51,953 bases of DNA from Nanobdellota archaeon (GTDB lineage Archaea > Nanobdellota > Nanobdellia > Woesearchaeales > DSVV01), in NCBI GenBank assembly GCA_051819785.1, contig JBNJGV010000001.1:1-51953 (forward strand), in the 5' to 3' direction. A program made the position numbers and the translations under genes. Numbering within the stretch: position 1 is the first letter of the stretch; each line of letters starts with the position of its first letter. The notes under the pieces are model-generated. The model was not told the DNA's origin, searched no databases, and saw only the letters and a list, made by a program, of their open reading frames with translations. Shown here piece after piece: positions 1 to 9,621 of the stretch.

Positions 1-74
1 GCTTCTTTAGCAACGCTTTCTGCTCCCTGAATTTTCAAGGCTTTTATATCTCTTAATAACTTTTTAAACTCCAT
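1..74 (-). CDS. N-terminal fragment of an eIF-2B-family protein (aIF-2B / ribose-1,5-bisphosphate isomerase-like). The gene continues past the window start.
   Basis: The reverse-strand ATG at 74..72 reads MEFKKLLRDIKALKIQGAESVAKEA. The I-x-G-A-x-x-[IV]-A pattern after a short helix is the usual N-terminus of this family. Only 24 codons are visible. Confidence 0.3.
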   Translation of the reverse strand, partial: MEFKKLLRDIKALKIQGAESVAKE

Positions 75-107
75 TCTAATTCCAATAAAAAAATAATTAA
101 GAAATAA

Positions 108-389
108 TTATCTTCTTTTCGTCTTTTTCTTTGATGTTTTCTTCTTTTTTGTAGAAGAAGCTTTTTTCTTACTGCTTTGAGTCTTACCTAGCAATTGCCT
201 TTCTATCTTTTTTTCTTCTCCCAAAATAGCATCTTCTTCCTTGCTCATTTTCATAACAATCTTTTCAAGATGTAATTCCATTTTGGCCATTCTTCTTTCC
301 ATAATCAAAACATATCTCAAAGCAATAACAATCGCTGCTAAAGTACCAATCACGACAGACATTAACACTGCAAAAAACGAATCAGCCAT
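108..389 (-). CDS. Small single-pass membrane protein with a Lys-rich C-terminal tail (hypothetical)
   Basis: The track ORF is 108..398. I prefer the ATG at 389 (MADSFFAVLMSVVIGTLAAIVIAL...), which is preceded by AAAGGAGGT (reverse strand of 399..407) as a Shine-Dalgarno. It has one hydrophobic helix, then SSKKKASSTKKKKTSKKKTKRR. Confidence 0.5.
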   Translation of the reverse strand: MADSFFAVLMSVVIGTLAAIVIALRYVLIMERRMAKMELHLEKIVMKMSKEEDAILGEEKKIERQLLGKTQSSKKKASSTKKKKTSKKKTKRR

Positions 390-516
390 AACAATCAACC
401 TCCTTTTATTATTACTTAAAATGTATGAATTATTATATTTAAAAATGTTTCTATATCCAAAAAAGAAAAATAAAGTAAAGTTATTAATTATTTTTATAGG
501 AAATCAATAAAGTCTA

Positions 517-545
517 CCCCAACACACCATAATTTCTTGTGGAAC
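517..545 (-). promoter_or_regulatory. ORB-like element (Orc1/Cdc6 binding box) at the left boundary of the AT-rich region
   Basis: The reverse complement is GTTCCACAAGAAATTATGGTGTGTTGGGG. The 12-nt core TTCCACAAGAAA is identical to the ORB at 17438-17460. The G-string is displaced. Confidence 0.55.
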
Positions 546-1140
546 GAATATATTGTTACTTTTTTGTTAGTATATGAAACTTTATTTGTTAATAATTGGA
601 TCATTATAAAAAAGTAAATACTGATTAACCTAACAATAAAAATTATTAATTTATTAAAAGTAAATAATGAATAAATAAATATGTAATAGCCCCTTTAGAA
701 GTAATAAAACATACAATTATAGTAAAGTAAAAAGTTTTATTTTAATATAATATAAATTACTTTTTAGTATTCCGTTTTATATAAATCTCAAACATAAAAA
801 GTATATTTATTGTTAAGTGCAATAATTAAATTTCTTAAAGTTAAACATAAGAAATAAAATCAAATTTTTTTATATATTAACAAATTCATAATTATTAATA
901 AAAGAATTATTTTTTATAGTTATTAAGCAATATCGTTGTTTTATAAAGTAAAGACAAAAGAAAATCTCTATGTTTAAAATATTCTATTAATTAATCATTA
1001 ATCACTTATATTAACTTAAAACTAATTTTCATTACATACTTTATTTACTTAAAGTTTTATGATTAATTCTATTCATTTATTAAATACTATTTTTACTTGA
1101 TTATAAATTATTGATTATTGATTACTGTTTATTGTTTATT

Positions 1141-1172
1141 TATTTTCTATATAGAAAATATATATATATATA
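1141..1172. repeat. Perfect 20-bp palindrome followed by a (TA)n tract inside the putative unwinding region
   Basis: 1141-1160 tattttctatatagaaaata is its own reverse complement. 1158-1172 is atatatatatatata. Confidence 0.9.
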
Positions 1173-1749
1173 AATAAAAAAATAAATTTATTGAAAATCT
1201 TGAAATTAATTGAATATAGATAAATATCTGTTTCATACTTAATTTCGTTCGTAGAGTGAGATGAATCTTAATTTTAGGTTTTAGATAATTTATAAGCAAG
1301 GATATTAAAACTCAAAATATTTTTTGCGGCCAGAATTTTTTTTCTCGCGAGTTAAAAATTACTGTAGATTTTTAAACTAGGATTGCAATCAATAAACCCA
1401 AAATTTTTGTTATTTAAACTTTAACTTATATAACAAATATTTAACTTATTATAGAAAAACCAATAATAAACAAATAATAACTTACTGTTATTTTAATATT
1501 ATTTTTGTAAATATTATCTATTTAATGAAGCTCATCTTATTTATAAATAATATTTTTACATTTTTTGTATTAATATTTGTTATAATTTTTTTTAGTTAAA
1601 AGAAATTTATGTTTATTCAAGAGTTTCAACAGAGCCCTAATTAATGTAATTGCGCTTTTTTAGTTTTATTAATTAATATACTGAATAATTATTATTGAAT
1701 AAAAAAGGTAATTTTTGAAAATGTTATGGACAATTTGAAAATTTTACGG

Positions 1750-1771
1750 GTTCCACAGGAAACAAAGGGGT
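1750..1771 (+). promoter_or_regulatory. Full ORB element (origin recognition box) with G-string
   Basis: GTTCCACAGGAAACAAAGGGGT matches the archaeal ORB pattern TTCCA-N3-GAAAC...GGGG. It lies 56 nt upstream of the orc1/cdc6 ATG. Confidence 0.8.
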
Positions 1772-1804
1772 CTGATGGCAGTAAAGGATAAAAATATTTT
1801 TAAA

Positions 1805-1823
1805 CCTTTGTTTCATCTGGAAG
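1805..1823 (-). promoter_or_regulatory. Inverted mini-ORB-like element abutting the orc1/cdc6 start codon
   Basis: The reverse complement CTTCCAGATGAAACAAAGG is 16 of 18 identical to the ORB at 1751-1768 and in inverted orientation to it. It ends 4 nt before the ATG at 1827. Confidence 0.6.
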
Positions 1824-1826
1824 TGT

Positions 1827-3038
1827 ATGGCGAAAGATAAACTTAATAATTTTTTTGAATCTTTTTTAGAAAAGGAACCTGTTTTTTATGATAAGAAAAT
1901 TTTACAGCCGAATTATATACCTGATGATATTGAACATCGTGATAAAGAAATTAACCTTTTGGCAAACATACTTGCGCCTGCTTTAAGGCTTGAAAGCCCT
2001 TCGAATATATTTGTCTATGGGAAAACTGGTACAGGGAAAACATTGTGCGCAAAACATACTACAGAAAATATGTTGAATGTTGCTAGAGACAGAGACATTC
2101 CCTTAAAAGTTATTTATCTTAATTGTAAGTTAAAGAGAGTAGCGGACACAGAATACAGAATTGTGGCTCAAATTGTTAGTGAATTTGGTATAGATGTTCC
2201 AGCTACAGGATTGCCTACTGATGAGATTTATAAGATATTTTATAATGTTTTAGAAAAAAAGGAGCAATTAGTTATTTTGATTCTTGATGAGATTGATCAA
2301 TTAGTGAAAAAAACAGGAGATGGCATAATTTATAATTTAACAAGGATGAACTCGGAGTTAAAAAATAGCCAGATTAGTTTTGTGGGGGTTTCAAACGATT
2401 TGTTATTTATAGACAATATGGACCCGCGTGTAAAATCAAGCTTAAGTGAAGAAGAGGTTGTTTTCCCTCCTTATAATGCTTTGCAGTTACAAGATATTTT
2501 AAGGACAAGAACTAAAAGGGCATTTAAGGAAGGGGTTATCCAGTCAGGTGTTATAGAAAAGTGCGCAGCGTATGCGGCAAGAGAACACGGAGATGCAAGA
2601 AGAGCTCTTGAATTATTAAGAGTTGGAGGAGAGCTTTGTGAAAGAGATGGAAAACAAGAAATAACTATGGAATATCTGGATAAAGCTGAACAAAAGATTG
2701 AAAGAGACAGGATTGGAGAGATTATAAGAACCCAACCAAAGCAACATCATGCAACTCTTTATTCGATAATTACTCTTTGTGAAAAATCAAAAAATCCTGT
2801 TTCAACAGGAGAAGTTTATAATGTATATAAAGATCTTTGTGACAGAATTAATTTAAGACCCCTTACACAAAGAAGACTTTCAGATATTTTGGCAGAACTG
2901 GATATGTTTGGAGTTATTAATGCCGATATTATTTCTAAAGGCAGATTTGGAAGGACAAGGGAGATATCTCTTTCAATCCCCTCTAATGCAATTCCTAATG
3001 TAAAAAAGATGCTTAAAAAAGGTCTTGACTTGGATTAG
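1827..3038 (+). CDS. orc1: Orc1/Cdc6 replication initiator (AAA+ with C-terminal winged helix)
   Basis: Walker A is GKTGTGKT and Walker B is LILDEID. The HGDARRALELLR sensor region and the N-terminal LxPxYIPDxxxHRDxE motif are typical of archaeal Orc1/Cdc6. Confidence 0.95.
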   Translation: MAKDKLNNFFESFLEKEPVFYDKKILQPNYIPDDIEHRDKEINLLANILAPALRLESPSNIFVYGKTGTGKTLCAKHTTENMLNVARDRDIPLKVIYLNCKLKRVADTEYRIVAQIVSEFGIDVPATGLPTDEIYKIFYNVLEKKEQLVILILDEIDQLVKKTGDGIIYNLTRMNSELKNSQISFVGVSNDLLFIDNMDPRVKSSLSEEEVVFPPYNALQLQDILRTRTKRAFKEGVIQSGVIEKCAAYAAREHGDARRALELLRVGGELCERDGKQEITMEYLDKAEQKIERDRIGEIIRTQPKQHHATLYSIITLCEKSKNPVSTGEVYNVYKDLCDRINLRPLTQRRLSDILAELDMFGVINADIISKGRFGRTREISLSIPSNAIPNVKKMLKKGLDLD

Positions 3039-3045
3039 GTGAACT

Positions 3046-4605
3046 ATGCAGGCCGAAGATAAAAAAAAAATTGTATGCGATTTTATGAAAGATGGTGTTT
3101 TGGTTAATCCAAGCTTTTTTGATGATGATATCTCTGAAAATCCAAGTGGTTTTTATGATTTGGTTAATGATACAGACCTTTCAATATTAAACTGTGATGC
3201 ATATAAACTACTTTCGCAAGGAAAAGAGTTTAATTGGAGAGAGCTTGAGAGATTGTGGGTTTTATATGAAAAAAAAGGTGATAAAAAACCATATGAAGCG
3301 ATGGTCAATTGTTTATTAGGATTTAATGAGGAAAAGAAAGATGATGAGAAAGAAAAGGTAAATGTTATATTTTCTTATGAGAAAGAAAACCTAAAAAAAG
3401 ATGTTAATAATTTTGTTAGTTATTTTAATAATAGGTATAAAGCAATTGAGAACATATTAAGAAGCAGACAGGAGTTAAGCGGACTTACTAGCATTGCAAG
3501 AGTTAATTCAAAAACAGATAAAGAAAATGTATCTGTTGTTGCTCTAATAAAAGAAAAAAGCGTAACTGCAAATAATCATATTATGCTAAAAGTTGAGGAT
3601 TTAACGGGCGAAACAAATGTTTTAATAAGTAAAAACAATCCTGAACTTCACGAGATTGCAAAAGATGTTGTAAATGATGAAGTAATAGGTATTTGCGGAG
3701 TATCGGGCAAAAACATTATTTTTTGCAATAATATAATTTTTCCAGATGTTCCTTTAAACAATGAAGTAAAAAAACACCCGCAAGAGATATATGCGGTTTT
3801 TCTTTCTGATTTGCATATAGGAAGCAATACTTTTTTAGAAGAAAAATTTGAAAAGTTTCTTTCTTGGATTAATGCAGATGTTGGAAGTGACAAACAAAAG
3901 GAAATGACTAATAAAATTAAGTATGTATTTATTGCAGGTGATCTTGTGGACGGGGTAGGCATATACCCCGGCCAGGAGGAAGAGCTTGTAATCAAGGATA
4001 TCTTTGAGCAATACAGAAAATGCGCTGAATATCTTTCAAAAATACCTCCTCATATAAAAATAATTGTTTGCCCTGGTAATCATGATGCAACGCGTCTTTC
4101 AGAACCCCAGCCCCCTCTACTTAAGGATTTTACGAAACCATTGACTGACATGCCAAATCTAACGATGGTAAGTAATCCTTCGATAATTAACTTTGCTTCT
4201 AGTAAAGATTTTCCGGGGTTTAATTTGTTGCTTTATCATGGATATAGTTTTGATTATTTTGTGGCGAACGTGGACAGTATCAGAAATAGTGGTGGCTACG
4301 ACCGGGCGGATTTGATTATGCAATTTTTGTTGCAAAGAAGGCATTTGGCTCCGAGCCATTCTTCGACTCTTTATGTTCCTGATGAAGAAAATGATAATCT
4401 GGTGATTTCTAAGATTCCAGATTTTTTTGTCTCAGGTCATATACACAAAGTTGCTGTATCTTCTTACAAGGGAGTTTCTTTAATTTGTGGTTCATGTTGG
4501 CAATCAATAACATCTTTTCAGGAAAAACTGGGTCATACTCCTGAACCTGCGAGAGTTCCTATTGTTAATTTGCAGACAAGAGATACTAAAATCATGAGGT
4601 TTTAA
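3046..4605 (+). CDS. polB: DNA polymerase D (Pol II) small subunit DP1, a calcineurin-like phosphoesterase/exonuclease
   Basis: Phosphoesterase motifs DLHIGS, GDLVDG and GNHD are present, with an OB-like middle region. It lies immediately upstream of DP2, and its stop abuts the DP2 start. Confidence 0.92.
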   Translation: MQAEDKKKIVCDFMKDGVLVNPSFFDDDISENPSGFYDLVNDTDLSILNCDAYKLLSQGKEFNWRELERLWVLYEKKGDKKPYEAMVNCLLGFNEEKKDDEKEKVNVIFSYEKENLKKDVNNFVSYFNNRYKAIENILRSRQELSGLTSIARVNSKTDKENVSVVALIKEKSVTANNHIMLKVEDLTGETNVLISKNNPELHEIAKDVVNDEVIGICGVSGKNIIFCNNIIFPDVPLNNEVKKHPQEIYAVFLSDLHIGSNTFLEEKFEKFLSWINADVGSDKQKEMTNKIKYVFIAGDLVDGVGIYPGQEEELVIKDIFEQYRKCAEYLSKIPPHIKIIVCPGNHDATRLSEPQPPLLKDFTKPLTDMPNLTMVSNPSIINFASSKDFPGFNLLLYHGYSFDYFVANVDSIRNSGGYDRADLIMQFLLQRRHLAPSHSSTLYVPDEENDNLVISKIPDFFVSGHIHKVAVSSYKGVSLICGSCWQSITSFQEKLGHTPEPARVPIVNLQTRDTKIMRF

Positions 4606-7600
4606 ATGAGTAAAGAAAGAGCCGCAAGCGAGGAAATGGAAAAATATTTTGGTTTATTAGACCATGAAGTCAAAGCTTGTTATAAAATTGCTTCTAAAGC
4701 CAGGAAGATGGGGTTTGAACCTGAGCAGGATGTTGATGTAAAATTAGCAAAAAATATGGCTGAGAGAGTTGAAGGTCTTATTTCAAGTGTAGCTCCACAA
4801 TTACTTGGAAGCGGCATGACTGATAGGATTATTGAGCTTGAAGAAAAATATGGTCCTCTGGACTGGAGAGTTGCTCTTGTGATTGGAGAGGAAGTTGCGA
4901 AACAAAAATTTTGTTCTTTTGAAGACAATAAGGAGGCTATAGAAGTTGGTATAAGGGTGGGGTTTGCTTATCATACAAGCGGTATTGTGGCCGCTCCTCT
5001 TGAGGGTTTAGTAGAACTGAAGATTAAAAAGAGACATGATGGTGGGGAATTTTTTGCTCCATGTTATGCAGGACCAATTCGTGGTGCAGGCGGAACTGCT
5101 TCCACTTTTTCATTACTTCTTGTGGATTATATAAGAAAGAAGATGGGCTATAAAGCTTGGGACCCTACTGAAGCAGAAATAGGCAGGGTAAAGTCAGAAA
5201 TTGCTGATTATCATGAGCGTGTTACGAATTTGCAATATTTTCCTAGTTCAGAAGAGCTTGATTTTTTATTGAGGCATCTTCCGGTTGAAATAAGTGGGGA
5301 CCCTACCGAAAAATTTGAGGTTTCTAACCATAAAGACATTGAGCGTATTGGCTCGAATAGAATAAGGGGCGGGGTCTGCCTTGTGCTTGCTGAAGGTCTT
5401 GCGCAAAAAGCCCCTAAACTATGGAAAAGATTGGAAAAATGGGGTAAAGAGTTTGGTCTTGAGTGGGGCTGGGTTAAAGAGTTTTTGGATATTAAAAAAA
5501 AGATATTATCTAAAGGTACCGGTAAATCTGAGGGAAACGAAAAAAAACCCAAGTTGGCTCCAAATTATACATTTATTAAAGATTTGGTTGCAGGAAGGCC
5601 AGTCCTAGCATTTCCGATGAGAGAGGGCGGGTTTAGACTTCGTTATGGGAGATCAAGAATTTCCGGGTTTTCTGCTGCGTGTATTCATCCTGCTGCAATG
5701 GTTTTGATGAATAGATTTATTGTTACAGGAACACAGCTGAAAGTTGAAAGACCAGGAAAGGCAGTTTCTGTTTTACCCTGTGATGCAATAATGCCCCCTC
5801 TTGTAAAAATTGATGATGGAACAATTATGTATGTTGATTCTGTTAGCAAAGCAAATGAAATTAAAAAAAGAGTAGAGGCCATTTTATATCTAGGGGATAT
5901 CTTATTTAATTATGGTGATTTTAGTGAAAATGGTCATTCGCTTGTCCCTTGTGGATATAATGAAGAATGGTATGTAAAGGAGATTCAGAAAAAAGAGGAA
6001 AACCCTAAAGATTTAGCAGAAAAAACTGGGATAAATGAGAAAACAGCCCATGCATTATTCGAAACACCAAATGATGCAGATTTAAGTTTTTTTGAAGCTG
6101 TAAAGATTTCCAAGGCTTATGGTATTGCGCTTTACCCAAAATATACTTTTTTTTGGACATTAATAAGTACTGAGGACTTGAGGATTTTATTAAAATGGCT
6201 AAATTCGGCAAGTGTTAAAAGAGAAGACAATAAAATAAGGAAGGTTATTTTTCCATTTCAAAAAGAAGCAAAAGATATCTTGGAGAAACTTGCTGTTCCG
6301 CATGTCTTTGTCAACAATGAGTTTATTGTCTTAGAAAAAAAAGTGGCGGAAGCCTTTTTATTTACACTTGGCTTTGATGAGAACAATGCAAATAAAGAAA
6401 TTCAACTTGAAGGATTAAGTGTTCTTGAGGAGTTAAGTAACTTATGTGGAGTTGAGATAAAAGATAAAGCAGGAACTTTCATTGGAGCACGAATGGGCCG
6501 TCCTGAAAAGGCAAAACACAGGAAAATGGCAGGCTCTCCTCATACATTGTTTCCTGTTGGAGAAGAGGGCGGTAGGCTGAGAACAATGCAGGCCGCTATG
6601 GAAAAAGGCTTTGTTGAGGCTGATGCGATTTTAAGATTTTGTCCAGAGTGTAAAAAATATAGCCTTTACTATGTTTGTGAAGAATGCAATAAAAGAACAG
6701 AGCAAAGATATTATTGTCCAAAGTGTGATAAAATTATGAATTCTAAAGAGTGCGAAACACATGGGCCCTGCCAAACTTTTATGAAACAAAAGATAGACAT
6801 TAATTATTATTATGGAAAGGCCACAAAGAGAGCAGGACTCAGAAAAGGACCTGAAATAATAAAAGGTGTAAGGGGTACCAGTAACAAGGATCATGTACCA
6901 GAACACATTTCTAAAGGCATATTAAGAGCAAAACATAATCTCTTTGTGAACAAGGACGGAACTATCAGGTTTGATATGACTGAATTACCAATAACACATT
7001 TTAAACCTGTCGAGATAGGAACTTCTATTGAGAAACTTATAGAAATGGGTTATGAAACGGATTGTTATGGTAAGGATTTAGTTGAAGAGACTCAAATTAT
7101 TGAAATAAAACCTCATGATGTAATTCTTCCTGCATCTACGGATGCGCTGGATGAACAAAGTGATAATGTTCTTTTTAGAGTAGGCGAGTTTGTTGATGAA
7201 TTGTTGACAAGCCTTTACAAAACAGACCCCTACTACAATTTTAAGAAAAAAAAAGATATAGTGGGACACTTGGTTGTCGGGTTGGCTCCACATACTTCTG
7301 CAGGAACTGTTGCAAGAATTATTGGATTTACAAATACCCAGGGATTTTTGGCCCACCCGCTAATGCATGCAGCCTTTAGGAGAGATTGTGATGGTGATGA
7401 GGCGGCCGTTGTTCTATTGATGGATGCTCTGCTTAATTTTTCAAGACAGTATCTTCCTAATTCAAGGGGCGCTAAAACAATGGATGCGCCACTAGTTTTA
7501 AGTTCAAGAATAATCCCTGCAGAAGTAGATGACATGGTTCATGGTTTAGATACAGTGTGGGAATATCCTCTTGAGTTTTACGAGGCCGCCAGTCAGTTCA

Positions 7601-8142
7601 AAATGCCTTGGGAAGTTGGTGTTACACAACTAAAAAAATACCTAAATACCGAAAGGCAGTACGAAAAAATCGGGTTTACTCATGATGTTACCAACCTCAA
7701 TATGGGAATTAATGTCTCAGCTTATAAGCAGCTTCCTTCTATGAAGGAAAAGCTGGATAGTCAAATGAATCTTGCCGAAAAGATAAGGGCTGTAGACGAG
7801 ATTGAAGTTGCCCAATTTGTGATAGAGAAACACTTTTTAAAAGACACTAAAGGTAATCTACGAAAGTTTTCAATGCAACAATTCAGATGTGTAAAATGCA
7901 ACCAGAAATTCAGGCGCCCTCCTTTAATGGGTAAATGTTCGGCCTGTGGCGGGAGGTTAATTTTTACTATATCTGAAGGATCAGTTATTAAATATCTTCA
8001 GCCGAGCATTGAATTATCTGAGCGATATAATGTTTCCACTTATTTGAAACAAACTCTTGAGTTATTAAGCCAGAGGGTTGAGGAGGTTTTTGGAAAGGAT
8101 AAGGAAAAACAAGAAGCTCTTGGCAAGTGGTTCGGTGCGTGA
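4606..8142 (+). CDS. polC: DNA polymerase D (Pol II) large catalytic subunit DP2
   Basis: 1178 aa. It has the conserved DP2 blocks (GPIRGAGGTAS, GGFRLRYGRSR, GARMGRPEK, RRDCDGDE) and several CxxC zinc modules, including the C-terminal CVKCNQKFRRPPLMGKCSACGG. No intein-like insertion is visible. Confidence 0.95.
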   Translation: MSKERAASEEMEKYFGLLDHEVKACYKIASKARKMGFEPEQDVDVKLAKNMAERVEGLISSVAPQLLGSGMTDRIIELEEKYGPLDWRVALVIGEEVAKQKFCSFEDNKEAIEVGIRVGFAYHTSGIVAAPLEGLVELKIKKRHDGGEFFAPCYAGPIRGAGGTASTFSLLLVDYIRKKMGYKAWDPTEAEIGRVKSEIADYHERVTNLQYFPSSEELDFLLRHLPVEISGDPTEKFEVSNHKDIERIGSNRIRGGVCLVLAEGLAQKAPKLWKRLEKWGKEFGLEWGWVKEFLDIKKKILSKGTGKSEGNEKKPKLAPNYTFIKDLVAGRPVLAFPMREGGFRLRYGRSRISGFSAACIHPAAMVLMNRFIVTGTQLKVERPGKAVSVLPCDAIMPPLVKIDDGTIMYVDSVSKANEIKKRVEAILYLGDILFNYGDFSENGHSLVPCGYNEEWYVKEIQKKEENPKDLAEKTGINEKTAHALFETPNDADLSFFEAVKISKAYGIALYPKYTFFWTLISTEDLRILLKWLNSASVKREDNKIRKVIFPFQKEAKDILEKLAVPHVFVNNEFIVLEKKVAEAFLFTLGFDENNANKEIQLEGLSVLEELSNLCGVEIKDKAGTFIGARMGRPEKAKHRKMAGSPHTLFPVGEEGGRLRTMQAAMEKGFVEADAILRFCPECKKYSLYYVCEECNKRTEQRYYCPKCDKIMNSKECETHGPCQTFMKQKIDINYYYGKATKRAGLRKGPEIIKGVRGTSNKDHVPEHISKGILRAKHNLFVNKDGTIRFDMTELPITHFKPVEIGTSIEKLIEMGYETDCYGKDLVEETQIIEIKPHDVILPASTDALDEQSDNVLFRVGEFVDELLTSLYKTDPYYNFKKKKDIVGHLVVGLAPHTSAGTVARIIGFTNTQGFLAHPLMHAAFRRDCDGDEAAVVLLMDALLNFSRQYLPNSRGAKTMDAPLVLSSRIIPAEVDDMVHGLDTVWEYPLEFYEAASQFKMPWEVGVTQLKKYLNTERQYEKIGFTHDVTNLNMGINVSAYKQLPSMKEKLDSQMNLAEKIRAVDEIEVAQFVIEKHFLKDTKGNLRKFSMQQFRCVKCNQKFRRPPLMGKCSACGGRLIFTISEGSVIKYLQPSIELSERYNVSTYLKQTLELLSQRVEEVFGKDKEKQEALGKWFGA

Positions 8143-8431
8143 ATTACTACCATGACATATTTACTTTCTTTCATTGTTTGTTTAAACAGTGAAAAACCTC
8201 TTTTCTTCATTTTTTGCTTTTAAGTCCTGAAGCTAACAGAAAGATATATAAATGAGAAATGGTTCTATAATTGTTGTAACAACTAGCCGGTGCTAATTGT
8301 TAATAACTTGGATTCAATGAATACCATATTTTAGTAAAAAAACGTAATATTTTAATAATAGGGCTCCTTGTTTGTCCTAACATAGAGTAACGACAGGTTA
8401 CTTCTTAGGGACAAAAAGGGGGGGTGTTTAA

Positions 8432-9250
8432 ATGATTGTAAAAGAAGACTTTTTGAACAAATTGAGGAGATATTTCTCGCTGAATTTATATGAAGTAAAA
8501 ATTTGGGCAGCATTATTGTCAAGAGGGGTTTCGACCGCAGGTGAGTTGTCTGATATTGCCAACGTTCCAAGGTCAAGAAGCTATGATGTTTTGGAAAGCC
8601 TGGAAAAGAAAGGGTTTGTAGTTATGAAACTTGGGAAACCAATTAAGTATTTGGCTGTCCCTCCTTCAGAGGTTGTTGAAAGAGTTAAGAAAAATATGAA
8701 AAAGGAAGCCGACGACAAGGTAAAGAAACTTGACGACTTAAAAGATACCGAGGTTCTTAATGAGTTAAACTCTCTTCATTCACAGGGTGTTGAACTGGTT
8801 GAGCCTACTGATTTATCTGGCTCTTTAAGAGGAAGGCACAATCTTTACAACCATCTTGAGTTAACAATCAGAAATGCTGAAGATAATGTTGTTATAATGA
8901 GTACAACCAAGGGGCTTATGAGAAAGATTGAAGGCTTGAAAGGGGCTTTTGAGAAGATAAAGAAGAGAGGAGTAAAAATAAGGATTGCTGCTCCTATTAC
9001 TAAGGAAGCAAAAGACGCCGTTAACGAAATAAAAGATGTTGCCGAAGTAAGGCATACTGAGTCTAAAGCAAGATTTGCAGTTGTTGACGGAAAAGAGATT
9101 ATTTTTATGGTTACTGATGATGCGGAGATTCATCCAACTTATGATATAGGAATTTGGGTAAATACTCCTTTCTTTGCAAATGCAATGTCTGAATTGTTTG
9201 AACTTGCTTGGAAAGCCATGAAGCCTGCAGAAAAAGTAATCAAGCTTTAA
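8432..9250 (+). CDS. TrmB-family transcriptional regulator
   Basis: The N-terminal wHTH is LNLYEVKIWAALLSRGVSTAGELSDIANVPRSRSYDVLESLEKKGFV, followed by a C-terminal TrmB-type effector-like domain. A strong SD (GGGGGGTG) precedes the ATG. Confidence 0.8.
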   Translation: MIVKEDFLNKLRRYFSLNLYEVKIWAALLSRGVSTAGELSDIANVPRSRSYDVLESLEKKGFVVMKLGKPIKYLAVPPSEVVERVKKNMKKEADDKVKKLDDLKDTEVLNELNSLHSQGVELVEPTDLSGSLRGRHNLYNHLELTIRNAEDNVVIMSTTKGLMRKIEGLKGAFEKIKKRGVKIRIAAPITKEAKDAVNEIKDVAEVRHTESKARFAVVDGKEIIFMVTDDAEIHPTYDIGIWVNTPFFANAMSELFELAWKAMKPAEKVIKL

Positions 9251-9621
9251 TTTTTTTAATTTATTTTCTTATCCCTTAACATATAATTTTTATTTTTGTA
9301 GCTTTTTATAAATTTGGAGAGGATAGATAGGCTGTTTTTTCTGACTAGTTTTGTTTTTTCTAGCGTGATTGTCAAAGATTAAACAGAAATTTAACAGAAA
9401 ATTGGTTTAAAGATGAAAATTATTGGTGCTGTTACGGAAACTTTTTGTTTTTCTAGAGAGAATTTTTTTAAAACCAACTTGTGTTGTATCTATAATGCAA
9501 GATTGACAGAGATAAAGACACAATAAGAAAGGGCTTAATCAATTTTTGTAAAGAGAACCTGAATACTTTCTTGCGAGTTGAAGTAAATTAATGATAGCGA
9601 TAGCTATGTAAAATGTGACAG

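Larger units (their letters stand above)
399..1826. other. oriC: Probable chromosomal replication origin (oriC): a long AT-rich unwinding region flanked by ORB elements, directly upstream of orc1/cdc6
   Basis: About 1.4 kb has no credible ORF and is far more AT-rich than the flanks. ORB-like elements sit at 517-545 (-), 1750-1771 (+) and 1805-1823 (-). Genes diverge from it. The downstream order orc1/cdc6 - DP1 - DP2 matches the Pyrococcus-type oriC neighbourhood. Confidence 0.8.

Noticed and set aside
241-510. 89-aa plus-strand ORF overlapping the 108-389 gene
   Set aside because: It is antisense to a better-supported gene (SD, TM helix, basic tail). It has a TTG start and a low-complexity Leu/Ile-rich translation typical of AT-rich shadow ORFs.
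688-705. Possible extra degenerate mini-ORB (cccctttagaagt) inside the AT-rich origin region, and the tgtttcat motif at 1229-1236
   Set aside because: They share only the G-string/AAAG part or an 8-mer with the clear ORBs. This is too weak to call without a position-weight-matrix scan.
3648-8142. Multiple 60-115-aa minus- and plus-strand ORFs inside the DP1/DP2 genes (e.g. 3648-3995, 4680-4928, 5211-5552, 7078-7535)
   Set aside because: They lie entirely within strongly supported PolD genes and have no recognisable motifs. They are shadow ORFs.
8418-8431. Shared GGGGGGTGTTTA(A/G)ATG translation-initiation region of trmB and tbp (also 17328-17340, minus strand)
   Set aside because: It is best explained as a strong Shine-Dalgarno with optimal spacing. 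There is no further extended similarity.
9340-9465. Repeated ttgttttttctag-like motif in the intergenic region before 9622, considered as a possible CRISPR or repeat array
   Set aside because: There are only two or three short, imperfect copies with irregular spacing and no spacer-repeat periodicity. They are most likely T-rich terminator/promoter sequence.
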